64,000 nucleotides of DNA, taken from the NCBI GenBank assembly GCA_030066085.1, contig JASJCI010000022.1, forward strand, positions 6,644 through 70,643, in the 5' to 3' direction. Of this stretch, positions 19,677-29,872 are shown piece after piece. The translations under genes and the position numbers were made by a program. This DNA comes from Gammaproteobacteria bacterium (lineage in GTDB: Bacteria; Pseudomonadota; Gammaproteobacteria; GCA-001735895). Every line of letters begins with the position of its first letter. Position 1 is the stretch's first letter. The notes under the pieces were generated by a model. The model saw nothing but the letters and a program-made list of their open reading frames with translations. It was not told where the DNA came from and did not search any database.

Positions 19677-20693
19677 TCAGAGACCGACCACCAGCAGCAG
19701 CGCGCCGATAATCCACATCCAGGTACTGGAGGACTCTTCCTCCGGCGGCTGCTCGACGGGCACGGGCGCTGCCGTGGCCTCGAACTGCTGCGTTTCCTGT
19801 TGATCGAGAAATCCGGAAGGTAGCGAGACACGCTCCTCGATCAACAGGGTTTCACCGGTGGCAGTACCGTATTCACCCATCGCCATCAGGATTTGCACCT
19901 CTTCGTCCGTGGTCAGGGTAATGGCGCCCTCGAGCACCACCGCGTGCAGCTTGGCCCCGGGATCGTTGCGACTGACGGTCTGTTCACAGTCGTCGGATTT
20001 ACACAGCTTGACCACGTAGTCGGTGCCGCGGATACCGATCGTCGCCAGCCCGGTCTGCACCTGGTAATTGGCCAGTGCGCTGTTGCCGATGGAGCCGGTG
20101 ATCTTGCGCAGCCCGCCGCGCAACAGGTCGAGTATGCTGCTGCTGTTCTCGTCGTAGCCGGGAGTAATCGTGTATTCGCTGATCTTGACCACCGAGTCGG
20201 GCTTGAGATAAATCTCCGCGCCGTCGTCCATGATCAGGAACAGGGTCGAATCGAGCGCGGTTTCGATCCGATCGCCTTCGAAAATCCGCGAATTGATCTG
20301 CAGCTGGGTGGTCCTGTCGTTGATGTCGCGCGCGCTCGCGGAACCCGTCATGCGGGCGACGTAACCGGCGCGCGTCTTGGGCGCCAGGTCTTCCTGGTAG
20401 ACCCGCTTGATATCGACCAGCTTGAGGCGCGTACCGGGTACCAGCTCCTCGGAGTACTGGCGGAACGAGGTCGGGTTCCACTCGATCAGTTTTTCCTTTA
20501 TCTGCGGCCACAGGTCACGGTCGCGCGGGTAAATGCGGGCAATGATCTCGTCGATGCTCATCCCCGGTGCAATCTTGAGAATCACGCGCGACGAGGGCAC
20601 GAGCTCGATCTTGGTCGCGGCCAGGGTGGCCGTCGAGTAAGCGCTGCATGACAAGATCGCGAGCAGGAGTCCCAGTATCAAGTTCTTGTTCAA
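19677..20693 (-). CDS. Exported FecR-domain protein with N-terminal LysM/FimV-like segment and C-terminal TM anchor
   Basis: Signal peptide; IFEGDRIET, LLRGGLRKITG, TGLATIGIRGTDY, AVVLEGAI; ends WMWIIGALLLVVGL. Confidence 0.8.
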   Translation of the reverse strand: MNKNLILGLLLAILSCSAYSTATLAATKIELVPSSRVILKIAPGMSIDEIIARIYPRDRDLWPQIKEKLIEWNPTSFRQYSEELVPGTRLKLVDIKRVYQEDLAPKTRAGYVARMTGSASARDINDRTTQLQINSRIFEGDRIETALDSTLFLIMDDGAEIYLKPDSVVKISEYTITPGYDENSSSILDLLRGGLRKITGSIGNSALANYQVQTGLATIGIRGTDYVVKLCKSDDCEQTVSRNDPGAKLHAVVLEGAITLTTDEEVQILMAMGEYGTATGETLLIEERVSLPSGFLDQQETQQFEATAAPVPVEQPPEEESSSTWMWIIGALLLVVGL

Positions 20694-21079
20694 GCTTCTT
20701 TACCTTCTTGCATCAGGGTTATGTCTTCAGCCTTCCACGGCGCCTCGGTAACCAGGTGCGCGGTGACCCGCAAGATTACGAGATCATTTTCGTCGAGCTT
20801 CTCGCTCCTCCGACTGTTGACGGCCTCGATCGCTCCGTAAACGCTCTCCGGGGTCCACGGGGGCGCATACATCAACGCGCCGGTGTCTCGGCAATCGCGC
20901 ATCGAGCTGGCGATTGCGGGCCTCGAGCGAGTCGTTCCCGCGTCTCGGCATTGCAACGATATCGCGACGATCGACAGGCATTTGCACACCGAAGATTCAA
21001 CAGGAGTATAGTTTCGCCTGCTCCAAACGCAGCGAAAAACGTCGCTTTTGGCCAGGTGCGCCCGGCCAATGTGAAATAG

Positions 21080-21922
21080 TTATCCGAATTTTTTGGCAGT
21101 AATTATCGGTTTTCGAGTGTGGGAATCCACAAAAAACCAGTCTTCGGCGTCGTTATCGACGCGCAGCGCCACCAGGTGACCACCCCAGACACAACCACCG
21201 TCGAGCGCGTAAAAACGATCGTAATGACCGACCTGCAGCGTCGACCAGTGGCCGAAACAGACCCGCAAATCCGCCGGCAGCGCCGATTTCAGCTGGAACC
21301 AGGGCACCATGCCGCGATGCTGCCGGGGAGTACCGCTGGCGTTGAAATCCAGCCTTCCCCTGCGGTCGAAGAAACGCATGCGGGTCATGATATTGGTGAT
21401 GCAGCGCAGGCGTTTCATGCCGCCGAGGTCGTCGGACCAGCGATTGGGGCCGTCACCGTACATCTTGCCCAGGAATTTGGCCGCCCCGTCACCGCGCAGG
21501 GCCTGCTCGACCTCGGCCGCCAGCGAGCGTGCCTGGCGCAGCGACCAGGCCGGATGAATGCCGGCGTGCACCAGCAACGCGCGGTGTTTCTTGCTGTAAT
21601 GCAGCATCGGCCGTTTGCGCAGCCAGCGCAGCAGCTTGTCGCAGTCTGGGCTGTCGAGTATCTGACTGAGACTGTCGAGGTTGCGCTTGTGAACGCCGTG
21701 GGCCAGCGCCAGCAGGTGCAGGTCGTGGTTACCGAGTACCGTGATCGCGCGCTTGCCGAAGGACTTGACCAGCTGCAGGGTTTTCAGCGAATCGGGGCCG
21801 CGGCTGACGAGATCGCCGCAAAACCAGAGCTTGTCGTCGGCCGGATCGAACTGAATTTTGTCCAGCAGGCGGCAGAGCTCCTCGTAGCAACCCTGCACGT
21901 CGCCGATTGCGTAAATAGCCAC
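21080..21922 (-). CDS. apaH: Symmetrical bis(5'-nucleosyl)-tetraphosphatase
   Basis: IGDVQGC, GDLVSRGP, LGNHDLHLL, VHAGI, FGHWS, LDGGCVWG. Confidence 0.96.
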   Translation of the reverse strand: MAIYAIGDVQGCYEELCRLLDKIQFDPADDKLWFCGDLVSRGPDSLKTLQLVKSFGKRAITVLGNHDLHLLALAHGVHKRNLDSLSQILDSPDCDKLLRWLRKRPMLHYSKKHRALLVHAGIHPAWSLRQARSLAAEVEQALRGDGAAKFLGKMYGDGPNRWSDDLGGMKRLRCITNIMTRMRFFDRRGRLDFNASGTPRQHRGMVPWFQLKSALPADLRVCFGHWSTLQVGHYDRFYALDGGCVWGGHLVALRVDNDAEDWFFVDSHTRKPIITAKKFG

Positions 21923-21932
21923 AAGCTAGAGC

Positions 21933-22316
21933 TTAGTGCAGAACGCGGGGTGTTGACAGCACAAATTCATCGATCTGCGCATCGAAGTGGGTTCCGTCCT
22001 CGGCCTGCATCTGGTAACTGCCCTTCATGGTGCCGACCGAGGTCTCGAGCATCGTGCCGGAGGTATACACGAACTGCTCGCCGGGCTTGAGTTCGGGCTG
22101 TTCACCGACCACGCCGTCACCGCGCACTTCCTGCACTTTCTGGTTCGAATCGGTGATCACCCAGTGCCGCGTCAGCAGCTTGGCGCCCTGGCGCCCCTTG
22201 TTCTGAATCGTGATGGTATAGGCGAAGACGTAATAATTCTGCTCGGGATTCGACTGATCCTCGATGTAGCGGGTTTCGACATCGACCTGGATATTGTTCA
22301 ACCCTGATTCGGTCAT
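21933..22316 (-). CDS. apaG: ApaG protein
   Basis: YVFAYTITI, RHWVITD, VRGDGVVGEQP, GTMKGSYQM. Confidence 0.96.
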   Translation of the reverse strand: MTESGLNNIQVDVETRYIEDQSNPEQNYYVFAYTITIQNKGRQGAKLLTRHWVITDSNQKVQEVRGDGVVGEQPELKPGEQFVYTSGTMLETSVGTMKGSYQMQAEDGTHFDAQIDEFVLSTPRVLH

Positions 22317-22348
22317 CTGGCTGTGATACCTGTTCTGCGTTGATTCGA

Positions 22349-23143
22349 TTATACCGCCACCGCGGCCTTGATGTGCTCGTGGTACTGGTAATTCTGCAGC
22401 TCGAAGTCCTCGTAGCGAAACTCGAAGATATCCCTGACCTTCGGGTTGATCGACATTTGTGGCAGGTCGAAGGGCTTGCGCGTCAGCTGCAGGCGCGCCT
22501 GCTGCAGGTGATTGGTGTAGAGATGCGCGTCGCCGAGGGTATGCACGAATTCGCCGGGGCGATAGCCCGTCACCTGGGCAACCATCATCAGCAGCAGCGC
22601 GTAGGACGCAATGTTGAACGGCACGCCGAGAAAGATGTCGGCGCTGCGCTGGTAGAGCTGGCAGGACAGGCGGCCGTCCGCGACATAGAACTGGAAGAAC
22701 GCGTGGCAGGGCGGCAGCGCCATGCGATCGAGTTCGGCCACGTTCCAGGCGCTGACGATCAGCCGGCGCGAATCGGGACGGGTCCTGATGTCCTCGATCA
22801 ACTGCTGGATCTGGTCTACCGTCTGGCCGTCCGCGCCGCGCCAGGATCGCCACTGGGCGCCATAGACCGGGCCGAGTTCGCCGTTTTCGTCGGCCCACTC
22901 GTCCCAGATCCGGACCTTGTTATCCGTGAGGTAACCGATATTGGTGTCACCCTGCAGGAACCACAGCAGTTCGTGGATGATGGAGTGCAGGTGCAGTTTC
23001 TTGGTCGTGACCAGCGGGAACCCGTCCTCGAGATCGAAACGCATCTGGTAGCCGAAGACCGACAGGGTGCCGGTGCCGGTACGGTCGGTTTTTTCACTGC
23101 CGTTTTGCAGCACGTGGGACATGAGCTCAAGATATTGCTGCAT
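22349..23143 (-). CDS. thyA: Thymidylate synthase
   Basis: [42 protein letters not shown]; 264 aa. Confidence 0.98.
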   Translation of the reverse strand: MQQYLELMSHVLQNGSEKTDRTGTGTLSVFGYQMRFDLEDGFPLVTTKKLHLHSIIHELLWFLQGDTNIGYLTDNKVRIWDEWADENGELGPVYGAQWRSWRGADGQTVDQIQQLIEDIRTRPDSRRLIVSAWNVAELDRMALPPCHAFFQFYVADGRLSCQLYQRSADIFLGVPFNIASYALLLMMVAQVTGYRPGEFVHTLGDAHLYTNHLQQARLQLTRKPFDLPQMSINPKVRDIFEFRYEDFELQNYQYHEHIKAAVAV

Positions 23144-23969
23144 TCGAACCTCCCCGTTTGGCCAGTACCAGCAGGACAACGCCCACTATAATCATTGGCA
23201 ACGATAATACAATCCCGCGCGTCAGCCAGTCGGTGCCGAGCAGGTAGCCGAGGTGCGCGTCGGGCAAACGAATGAATTCCACCCCGCTGCGAAACAGGCC
23301 GTAGAACAGCAGGAAGCAGGCCGAAATCAGCATCACCGGCCGCGGCCTGCGTGCCAGTAACCACAGGATCGCAAACAGCACGAAGCCCTCGAGCAGCATT
23401 TCGTAGAGCTGGGTCGGGTGGCGCGGGCTGAAACACAGCGGGCCGGCGAAATCGGCGTAAAGCTCGGGCGGAAACTGTTCGCAGGACAGCTGCATCGCCC
23501 ACGGCACCCGCCCCGGCGCGCCCCAGAGCTCGGCATTGATGAAATTGCCGAGGCGGCCGGCGGCGAGCCCGAGCGGTACCATCGGCGCGATAAAATCGGT
23601 CAGCTGCCAGAAACCGCAGCCGTACTTGCGGCGGGCGAATTCCATCGCCAGCAGCACGCCGACGAAACCGCCGTGAAACGACATGCCGCCTTCCCAGATG
23701 CGCAACAGGTAAACGGGATCCTGCACGAAGCTGCTCCAGTTGTAGAACAGCACCGAGCCGATGCGTCCGCCGAGCACCGCGCCGAGCGCACCGTAAAACA
23801 CCAGGTCGTCGATCTGCGCCGGCGTCACCGGGCTGTGCGCCCGCTTCGCCTGGTATTTACCCAGCGCCCAGGCGCTGCCGAAAGCGACCAGGTACATCAG
23901 CCCGTACCAGTGGATCTTGATCGGGCCCAGCGCAATCGCGACCGGGTCTATCGTCGGGTAGGCAATCAT
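23127..23969 (-). CDS. lgt: Prolipoprotein diacylglyceryl transferase
   Basis: [35 protein letters not shown]. Confidence 0.97.
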   Translation of the reverse strand: MIAYPTIDPVAIALGPIKIHWYGLMYLVAFGSAWALGKYQAKRAHSPVTPAQIDDLVFYGALGAVLGGRIGSVLFYNWSSFVQDPVYLLRIWEGGMSFHGGFVGVLLAMEFARRKYGCGFWQLTDFIAPMVPLGLAAGRLGNFINAELWGAPGRVPWAMQLSCEQFPPELYADFAGPLCFSPRHPTQLYEMLLEGFVLFAILWLLARRPRPVMLISACFLLFYGLFRSGVEFIRLPDAHLGYLLGTDWLTRGIVLSLPMIIVGVVLLVLAKRGGSNAAIS

Positions 23970-24084
23970 CGGGAATAACGGATTGGGCGACAGGTCGGCA
24001 TCTCAGGACGCGATACTATTATCTAAGCGGGATAATTACCACGGCCGGGCGTTGCCGGCTGATCGCCGGCATCGGCGACCGCTT

Positions 24085-24450
24085 TCAGTCGACGAACAGC
24101 ACCAGGCCCCAGACCGCGACCAGCAGCAGGATCGCGAGCGCAACCGCGGCCGAGCCCATGTCCTTGGCCCGGCCGGCAAGCTCGTGTTGTTCTGCGCCGA
24201 AGCGATCGACCGTGGCCTCGATGGCCGAGTTCAGGATTTCGACCAGCGGCAGCAGCAGTGCGCTGCCGATCAGCAGGGCCTTTTCGGTGCCGCCGTCACC
24301 GAGATACAAACCCAGTGGCAACAGCAGTACACACAGCCAGGTTTCCTGGCGAAACGCTTCCTCGTGGCGATAGGCGGCGCGCAATCCCTGCCACGAATAT
24401 TGCGTGGCCTTGATCACGCGTACCAGGCCCCTGTTTCCACTGTAAGCCAT
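24085..24450 (-). CDS. dgkA: Diacylglycerol kinase
   Basis: EEAFRQE, EILNSAIEATVDR, AKDMGSAAV. Confidence 0.96.
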   Translation of the reverse strand: MAYSGNRGLVRVIKATQYSWQGLRAAYRHEEAFRQETWLCVLLLPLGLYLGDGGTEKALLIGSALLLPLVEILNSAIEATVDRFGAEQHELAGRAKDMGSAAVALAILLLVAVWGLVLFVD

Positions 24451-24547
24451 GTCGTACTCCCCGCGGAATCGGCGATCGGGTCAGCCGGGTGAGGGCCTGC
24501 AGGCAACGATCGAATGTGCCTATGAAGCGCGGTCGCGGTCGAGCGGA

Positions 24548-24937
24548 TCAGTCGTCTTCGGCAATACTCTCGGCGTAAGACTCGTGATCGAGCAGGTCGC
24601 TGACTTCCTCGGCATCTTCCATCGATACCTTGTACATCCAGCCGTCACCGTAGGGATCCTGGTTGATCCGCTCCGGTGCATCCTCGAGTTCGCTGTTGAC
24701 CTCGACGACTTCACCGGTGACCGGCGCGTAGGAGTCGGACGCCGCCTTGACCGATTCGATGACGCCGACCGAGTCGCCCGCCGATACGGAGCTGCCCTCC
24801 TCGGGTAACTCGATATACACCAGGTCACCGAGCAGTTCCTGCGCGTGGTCGGTTATTCCAACGGTGGCGACGTCGCCCTCGATCAGCACCCACTCGTGTG
24901 ACGACATGTATTTCAGGTCGCTTGGTACATCGCTCAT
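24548..24937 (-). CDS. gcvH: Glycine cleavage system H protein
   Basis: HEWV, GITDHAQELLGD, lipoyl motif ESVKAASD, DPYGDGW. Confidence 0.97.
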   Translation of the reverse strand: MSDVPSDLKYMSSHEWVLIEGDVATVGITDHAQELLGDLVYIELPEEGSSVSAGDSVGVIESVKAASDSYAPVTGEVVEVNSELEDAPERINQDPYGDGWMYKVSMEDAEEVSDLLDHESYAESIAEDD

Positions 24938-25187
24938 AGATGATTACCCCCATCGTTTAGGTGGAATTCCCGGCGCGCGGGAAGCTAAGCCTGCCTCGTC
25001 CTGTCTTCGCCCGACAGCTGCAGCCTGCGCAAGCATAGTCCGAGTCGAAAACGATTTCAAAGCATAAACGCCGTTAGCGCGCGCCCGCGTACCGGTGGCC
25101 CGGGTCGGCTGCGGATTAGCAAGTAGTCCCCCGCTGCCTGCTCCTCGAGCAGCTGCCCGTTCACAGCCTTCGCTTCCGCCGGCGAGA

Positions 25188-26372
25188 TCAGGTGATGTTC
25201 TGCACCGCTTTTTGCATCAGCGCTCGCTTGAACCAGGGGGTGTTTTCGACGGTCCGCATGCCCAGGTCACGCAGCAGGACCAGGGGCGGCAGCGACTGCC
25301 CGTAAAACCACTTGAGCGCACCGAATCCCTGCCCCGCGAGCCAGGTTTCGCTTTTTCGCTGGCGTGCATAGCGGCGCAGCGGCCGCAACCCGATCGGGCG
25401 CGACGGATCGACCAGCAGCTGCGCCAGCAAATCGACGTCGCTGAAGCCGAGATTGACCCCCTGTCCCGCGAGCGGATGCACCGCGTGCGCGGCGTCGCCG
25501 ATCAACAGCACCCGGCGCATCAGCCATTCGTCACAAACCTGCCACACTAGCGGCAGTTGCCGGCGCGCGCTGCAGGCGGTGACCGCGCCCAGGCGATATT
25601 CGAATGCGTCGCCGAGTGCAGCGCAAAAACCGCTATCGTCGAGCGCCGCGACTTCGGCGGCGAAGTCGTCGTCGCAGGACCACACGATCGAGCTCTGGCC
25701 GTTGGCCAGCGGCAGGAACGCGAGCGGGCCGGTGGCGAGAAATCGCTGCCAGGCGGTGTGTTGATGCGGCCGCTCGGTGGACACGTTGGCCACCAGCGCG
25801 GTCTGGCCGTAACTGCCGGCGCGCACCTGCATGCCCGCCAGCCTGCGCGTCGGCGAGCCGCGGCCGTCGGCAGCGAGCAGCAGCTGCGCGCGCAGTACCG
25901 CGCCCGACTCCAGGCGCAGCGTCAGTCCCGAGTCGTCGTCGTCCAGCAGTGCCTGCACCCGGTCGGGCCGATACCACTGGATACCGGCCTGTTCGTGGCA
26001 GGCCTGCTGCAGGGCGTGCTGGACCAGCCGGTTTTCGACGATCGCGCCGAGGTTGTCGCGCGCGATATCGGCCGCGTCGAATTCGACCCGGGCGGACCCG
26101 TGCTGGTGCCAGATCGACATCTGCTCGTAATAACAGACTCGCGCCGCCGGCAGCCGCTGCCAGATGCCGAGTGTTTCCAGGATCGCGCGCGAGCGCGGGC
26201 TGATGGCGGATACGCGCAGATCGTATTGATCGTCGGCCCGCGGTAGCTCGGCGGGCTCGACGCTGGCTTCGATCAACGCCACGCGGTACCCGTTTTGCGC
26301 CAGCGCGTAGGCCGCGCAGGCACCGACCATGCCGGCGCCGGCAACCGCGATATCGAATTCGCCGTCGCTCAC
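25188..26372 (-). CDS. ubiI: UbiH/UbiF/VisC family FAD monooxygenase (UbiI-like)
   Basis: GAGMVG, DLRVSAIS, AWQRFLATGPLAFLP, IGDAAHAVHPLAGQGVNLG; directly follows ubiH. Confidence 0.8.
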   Translation of the reverse strand: MSDGEFDIAVAGAGMVGACAAYALAQNGYRVALIEASVEPAELPRADDQYDLRVSAISPRSRAILETLGIWQRLPAARVCYYEQMSIWHQHGSARVEFDAADIARDNLGAIVENRLVQHALQQACHEQAGIQWYRPDRVQALLDDDDSGLTLRLESGAVLRAQLLLAADGRGSPTRRLAGMQVRAGSYGQTALVANVSTERPHQHTAWQRFLATGPLAFLPLANGQSSIVWSCDDDFAAEVAALDDSGFCAALGDAFEYRLGAVTACSARRQLPLVWQVCDEWLMRRVLLIGDAAHAVHPLAGQGVNLGFSDVDLLAQLLVDPSRPIGLRPLRRYARQRKSETWLAGQGFGALKWFYGQSLPPLVLLRDLGMRTVENTPWFKRALMQKAVQNIT

Positions 26373-27577
26373 AGGCGACCACGCAGCAGGCGGTTGCCGC
26401 CGAAAGCCATACCCATGCCCGCCAGCGCCACCTGCGCCTTGAGCGCCGGCAGCAGGTCGAGCAGGCCGAGCGCCGCCGAACGCGTCGTGTCGACCAGCGG
26501 CAAACGGTTCGAAAACAGCGACACCAGACCGTCGCCGTAGCTGATCACGCGCAACTGTTCGCGATCGCGCAGTGCCTGGAACGCACCACCGAGCCCGTCC
26601 AGCGCGGTGTCGTCCAGGCCGTCCGCCGCGCGTTCGCACATGGCTTCGTACAGCCAGGCCACGTCGCGCAATGCCAGGTTGAATCCCTGCCCGGCGACCG
26701 GGTGTAGCGCGTTGGCGGCGTTGCCGATGACGATACAGCGCCCGCGGTGCAGGACTTCCGCACGCGTGCGCCGTATTGGCAGCACGAAGCGCGCGCCACT
26801 GCGCTCGATGGATCCGAGGCGATAACCGAACGCCTGTTGCAGCGCGGCGCGGAAATCATCGTCATCGAGCGCGGCGGTGGCTTCGGCACCGGCGGGGTCG
26901 AGGGTCCACACGCAGGCGTAGCGTCGACCGCCGAGCGGCAGCATTGCCAGCGGACCCTGCGGCGTGAAACGCTCGAAGGCCCAGCCGTCGCGCGGGGTAC
27001 CGATCTCGACGTTGCAGATCAGCACGGACTGGCCATAGTCGAGGGTTTCGTGGCCGATGCCGAGCGCAGCGCGCGCCGCCGACTGGGCGCCGTCCGCAAT
27101 CAGCGCGAGTCGCGCCTGCAGCTCGCGAGATTCATCCTGCTGGCGGCAGCGCAGCTGCACCGGCACGCCGTCCTCGATCGCTTCGAACGCCGCCGACTCC
27201 CACAGCTCGATACCGTCGTCGGCATCGACCGCGTCGAGCAGGCAGCGCATCAGCGCCTGGCTCTCGATGACGAAACCGAGCGCATCGAGATCGTAATCGG
27301 CGGCGTCGAGCCGGGATACGCCCCAGCTGCCGCGCGCCGATATATGGATGCGCCTGATAGGTGCGGCAACAGCCTCGATCGCGGGCCAGGTTCCGAGCGC
27401 GCGGAATATCTGCCGACTGCTCCAGGACAGCGCAATCGAACGCGCGTTCAACCCGCTCGCCTCTTCCCGGCGCAGGTCGGCCGCCTCGATGATCGCGACA
27501 CGCGCCGCCGTTTGCCGCAGCGCCAGGGCCGCGCACAGCCCGATGGGTCCGCCGCCGATGATCGCGATGTCGTGCAT
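26369..27577 (-). CDS. ubiH: 2-octaprenyl-6-methoxyphenol hydroxylase
   Basis: GGGPIG, ARSIALS, AFERFTPQGPLAMLP, GNAANALHPVAGQGFNLALRD; pepP-ubiH synteny. Confidence 0.88.
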   Translation of the reverse strand: MHDIAIIGGGPIGLCAALALRQTAARVAIIEAADLRREEASGLNARSIALSWSSRQIFRALGTWPAIEAVAAPIRRIHISARGSWGVSRLDAADYDLDALGFVIESQALMRCLLDAVDADDGIELWESAAFEAIEDGVPVQLRCRQQDESRELQARLALIADGAQSAARAALGIGHETLDYGQSVLICNVEIGTPRDGWAFERFTPQGPLAMLPLGGRRYACVWTLDPAGAEATAALDDDDFRAALQQAFGYRLGSIERSGARFVLPIRRTRAEVLHRGRCIVIGNAANALHPVAGQGFNLALRDVAWLYEAMCERAADGLDDTALDGLGGAFQALRDREQLRVISYGDGLVSLFSNRLPLVDTTRSAALGLLDLLPALKAQVALAGMGMAFGGNRLLRGRL

Positions 27578-28881
27578 CAACTCGCCATCAGGTTTTCGAT
27601 TTCCTGCGCCTTGCGCGGCAGTGCGTCGGTCAGGATTTCGTAGCCGTCTCGGGTGACCAGCACGTCGTCCTCGATGCGAATGCCGATATCCCACCACTTG
27701 CGCCGCACACCGCGGCTGCCGGCCGGGATGTAGATACCGGGCTCGATGGTCATGACCATGCCGGGTTCGAGCAGGCGCCACTGGTCGCCCACCTTGTAAT
27801 CGCCGACGTCGTGCACGTCGAGACCGAGCCAGTGGCCGGTGCGGTGCATGTAAAACCTGCGATAGGCCTGGTCCTTGATCAGCTTGTTGAGGTTGCCCTT
27901 GAGCAGCTTGAGTTCGATCAGTCCGCGCGTGATGCTGCGCACGGCGGCGTTGTGCGGGTCGTTCCAGTGATTTCCGGGTTTGACCTTCTTGATCGCCGCC
28001 TGGTGAGCCGCGAGCACGACGTCATAGACCTCGCGCTGGGCCGGCGTATAGCGGCCGTTGATCGGAAAGGTGCGCGTGATGTCGGAGGCGTAACCCTCGA
28101 CCTCGCAGCCCGCATCGATCAGCAGCAGGTCGCCGTCCTGTAGCTGGTCCTGGTTATCGGTGTAATGCAGGATACAGCCGTTGCCACCGCCACCGACGAT
28201 CGCCGGGTAGGCATGGTCGACGTTGTTGCGACGATACTCGTGGTCGAACTCGGCCGCGATTTCGTACTCGTGTTTGCCCGGCGCGCAAAGCTGCATCGCG
28301 CGCTGGTGCGCGCGCACGTTGATCGCGGCCGCCTTGCGCATCAGGCGCAGTTCCTCGCGGCTCTTGTACAGGCGCATGTCGTGCAGGATGTAGTCCAGCG
28401 CGACGAACTCGGAAGGTACGTGTACCCCGGATCGCGCCTGCGCCTTGATATGGTTGATCCAGCCAATCAGGCGCTTGTCGAAATCGGGGTAATTGCCGAT
28501 GGTGTAATAGATGCTGTCCTTGCCCTCGAGCATGCCGGGCAGGATATCGTCGATGTCGTCGATCGGAAAAGAGTCGTCGGCGCCGTAGGTCTCGATAGCG
28601 CCTTCCTGGCCGGCACGGCGGCCGTTCCAGGTTTCCTGCTCGGGATCTTTTTCGCGACAGAACAGGATGTATTCACCGTGCTTGCGGCCAGGTACCAGCA
28701 CCAGCACCGCGTCGGGTTCCTTGAAACCGGTCAGGTAGAGGAAATCGCTGTGCTGGCGGAACGGAAAATGCACGTCCTGGTTACGAATGATTTCGCTCGC
28801 CGAGGGCAGGATCGCGATCGTGTTGCGCCCCATCATTTTCATCAGCTGGCTGCGACGGCGTTTGAATTCGGCTGGTTTCAT
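27577..28881 (-). CDS. pepP: Xaa-Pro aminopeptidase
   Basis: FRQHSDFLYLTG, LLIDAGCE, SDITRT, HRTGHWLGLDVHD, TIEPG, GIRIEDD. Confidence 0.97.
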   Translation of the reverse strand: MKPAEFKRRRSQLMKMMGRNTIAILPSASEIIRNQDVHFPFRQHSDFLYLTGFKEPDAVLVLVPGRKHGEYILFCREKDPEQETWNGRRAGQEGAIETYGADDSFPIDDIDDILPGMLEGKDSIYYTIGNYPDFDKRLIGWINHIKAQARSGVHVPSEFVALDYILHDMRLYKSREELRLMRKAAAINVRAHQRAMQLCAPGKHEYEIAAEFDHEYRRNNVDHAYPAIVGGGGNGCILHYTDNQDQLQDGDLLLIDAGCEVEGYASDITRTFPINGRYTPAQREVYDVVLAAHQAAIKKVKPGNHWNDPHNAAVRSITRGLIELKLLKGNLNKLIKDQAYRRFYMHRTGHWLGLDVHDVGDYKVGDQWRLLEPGMVMTIEPGIYIPAGSRGVRRKWWDIGIRIEDDVLVTRDGYEILTDALPRKAQEIENLMAS

Positions 28882-28998
28882 GGGACTCCTGAAGTGCTGG
28901 GTAACGCGCTTGTTTTTACGGATCGGTTGCGCTGACAGTTTACTTAATTCGCGTCCGGAATTAACCAGCCTGTCACCGCCTCGGGGCAGTATCGCCCT

Positions 28999-29541
28999 TC
29001 AGTGCAGGGTCGGTGATCGTTCAAGGGGATTCAGCGATTCGTGCAACATCAGGGTTACGAGGCGCACGTGTTCGGCGATCTGTGCAAACTGCTGCTCGGC
29101 CTCGTCACCACCCGCCTCGTCGATATCGAGCTTACTGATTTCCAGCAGATCTGACAAACCCTCGCGCGCATCCTCGTCGAGCGCATCGCGCTCGGCCAGC
29201 CGGGTCACGCCGAGACCATAGAGAAAACCCTGGCACCAGCCCGCCAGCGCGCGCAGCCGCGCGCCGAACTCGGCATCGTCAGCGGGCAGCAGCAGCGCCA
29301 GTCCGAGGTCGCTGTCGTCGAGTTGCGCATGGGTTTCCCGGTAGAGTTCCCGCAGCACGCCAAGGCGCTCCTGTGCAAGCACGTCAGCGCTTGCGGGCAA
29401 GTGATCGAGGGTGTGTCCGAGCCAGGTCTCGGGCGGGGACGCGGCAAGCAACAGCGCACACAGGGTACCGTGGGTTTCGGCGGCGTCGGCGGTCGCGCCC
29501 AGCCCCTCCAGCGCATCCTGCACGGTGTCGAAATCGGTCAT
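28999..29541 (-). CDS. ygfB: UPF0149 family protein (YgfB-like)
   Basis: AETHGTLCALL, LLLPADD, WCQGFLYGLG, IAEHVR; upstream of pepP. Confidence 0.9.
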   Translation of the reverse strand: MTDFDTVQDALEGLGATADAAETHGTLCALLLAASPPETWLGHTLDHLPASADVLAQERLGVLRELYRETHAQLDDSDLGLALLLPADDAEFGARLRALAGWCQGFLYGLGVTRLAERDALDEDAREGLSDLLEISKLDIDEAGGDEAEQQFAQIAEHVRLVTLMLHESLNPLERSPTLH

Positions 29542-29641
29542 TGTAGAAAACCCGCAGATTAGTATACTTCGCATTTTAACATTGCGCGCTCGCCCCGCCG
29601 CAAGCGGTCATCGCGGTGCCGAGCAAGCCCGAACACTGCCT

Positions 29642-29872
29642 ATGGATGCCGATAAAAACGTTTATACCGAGGACGATCTCAGGCAGCTGGAGCAGCGCAT
29701 CGACGAACTGATCGAAACCGTCGGCCTGCTCAAGAACGAAAATACCAGCCTGCGCCAGCAAAAAGACAAGCTGGTCAGCGAGCGCTCCCAGCTGATCGAA
29801 AAGACCGAGATGGCGCGCAGCCGCGTCGAAGCGATGATTTCCCGCCTGCGCTCACTCGAACTCGGCTCATGA
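29642..29872 (+). CDS. TIGR02449 family coiled-coil protein (ZapB-like)
   Basis: LEQRIDELI...ENTSLR...ERSQLIEKTEMARSRVEAMISRL; overlaps the zapA start. Confidence 0.88.
   Translation: MDADKNVYTEDDLRQLEQRIDELIETVGLLKNENTSLRQQKDKLVSERSQLIEKTEMARSRVEAMISRLRSLELGS

Noticed and set aside
24938..25187. Possible glycine riboswitch upstream of gcvH
   Set aside because: No GGAGA...CCGAAG...CTCTCAGG aptamer core on the minus strand
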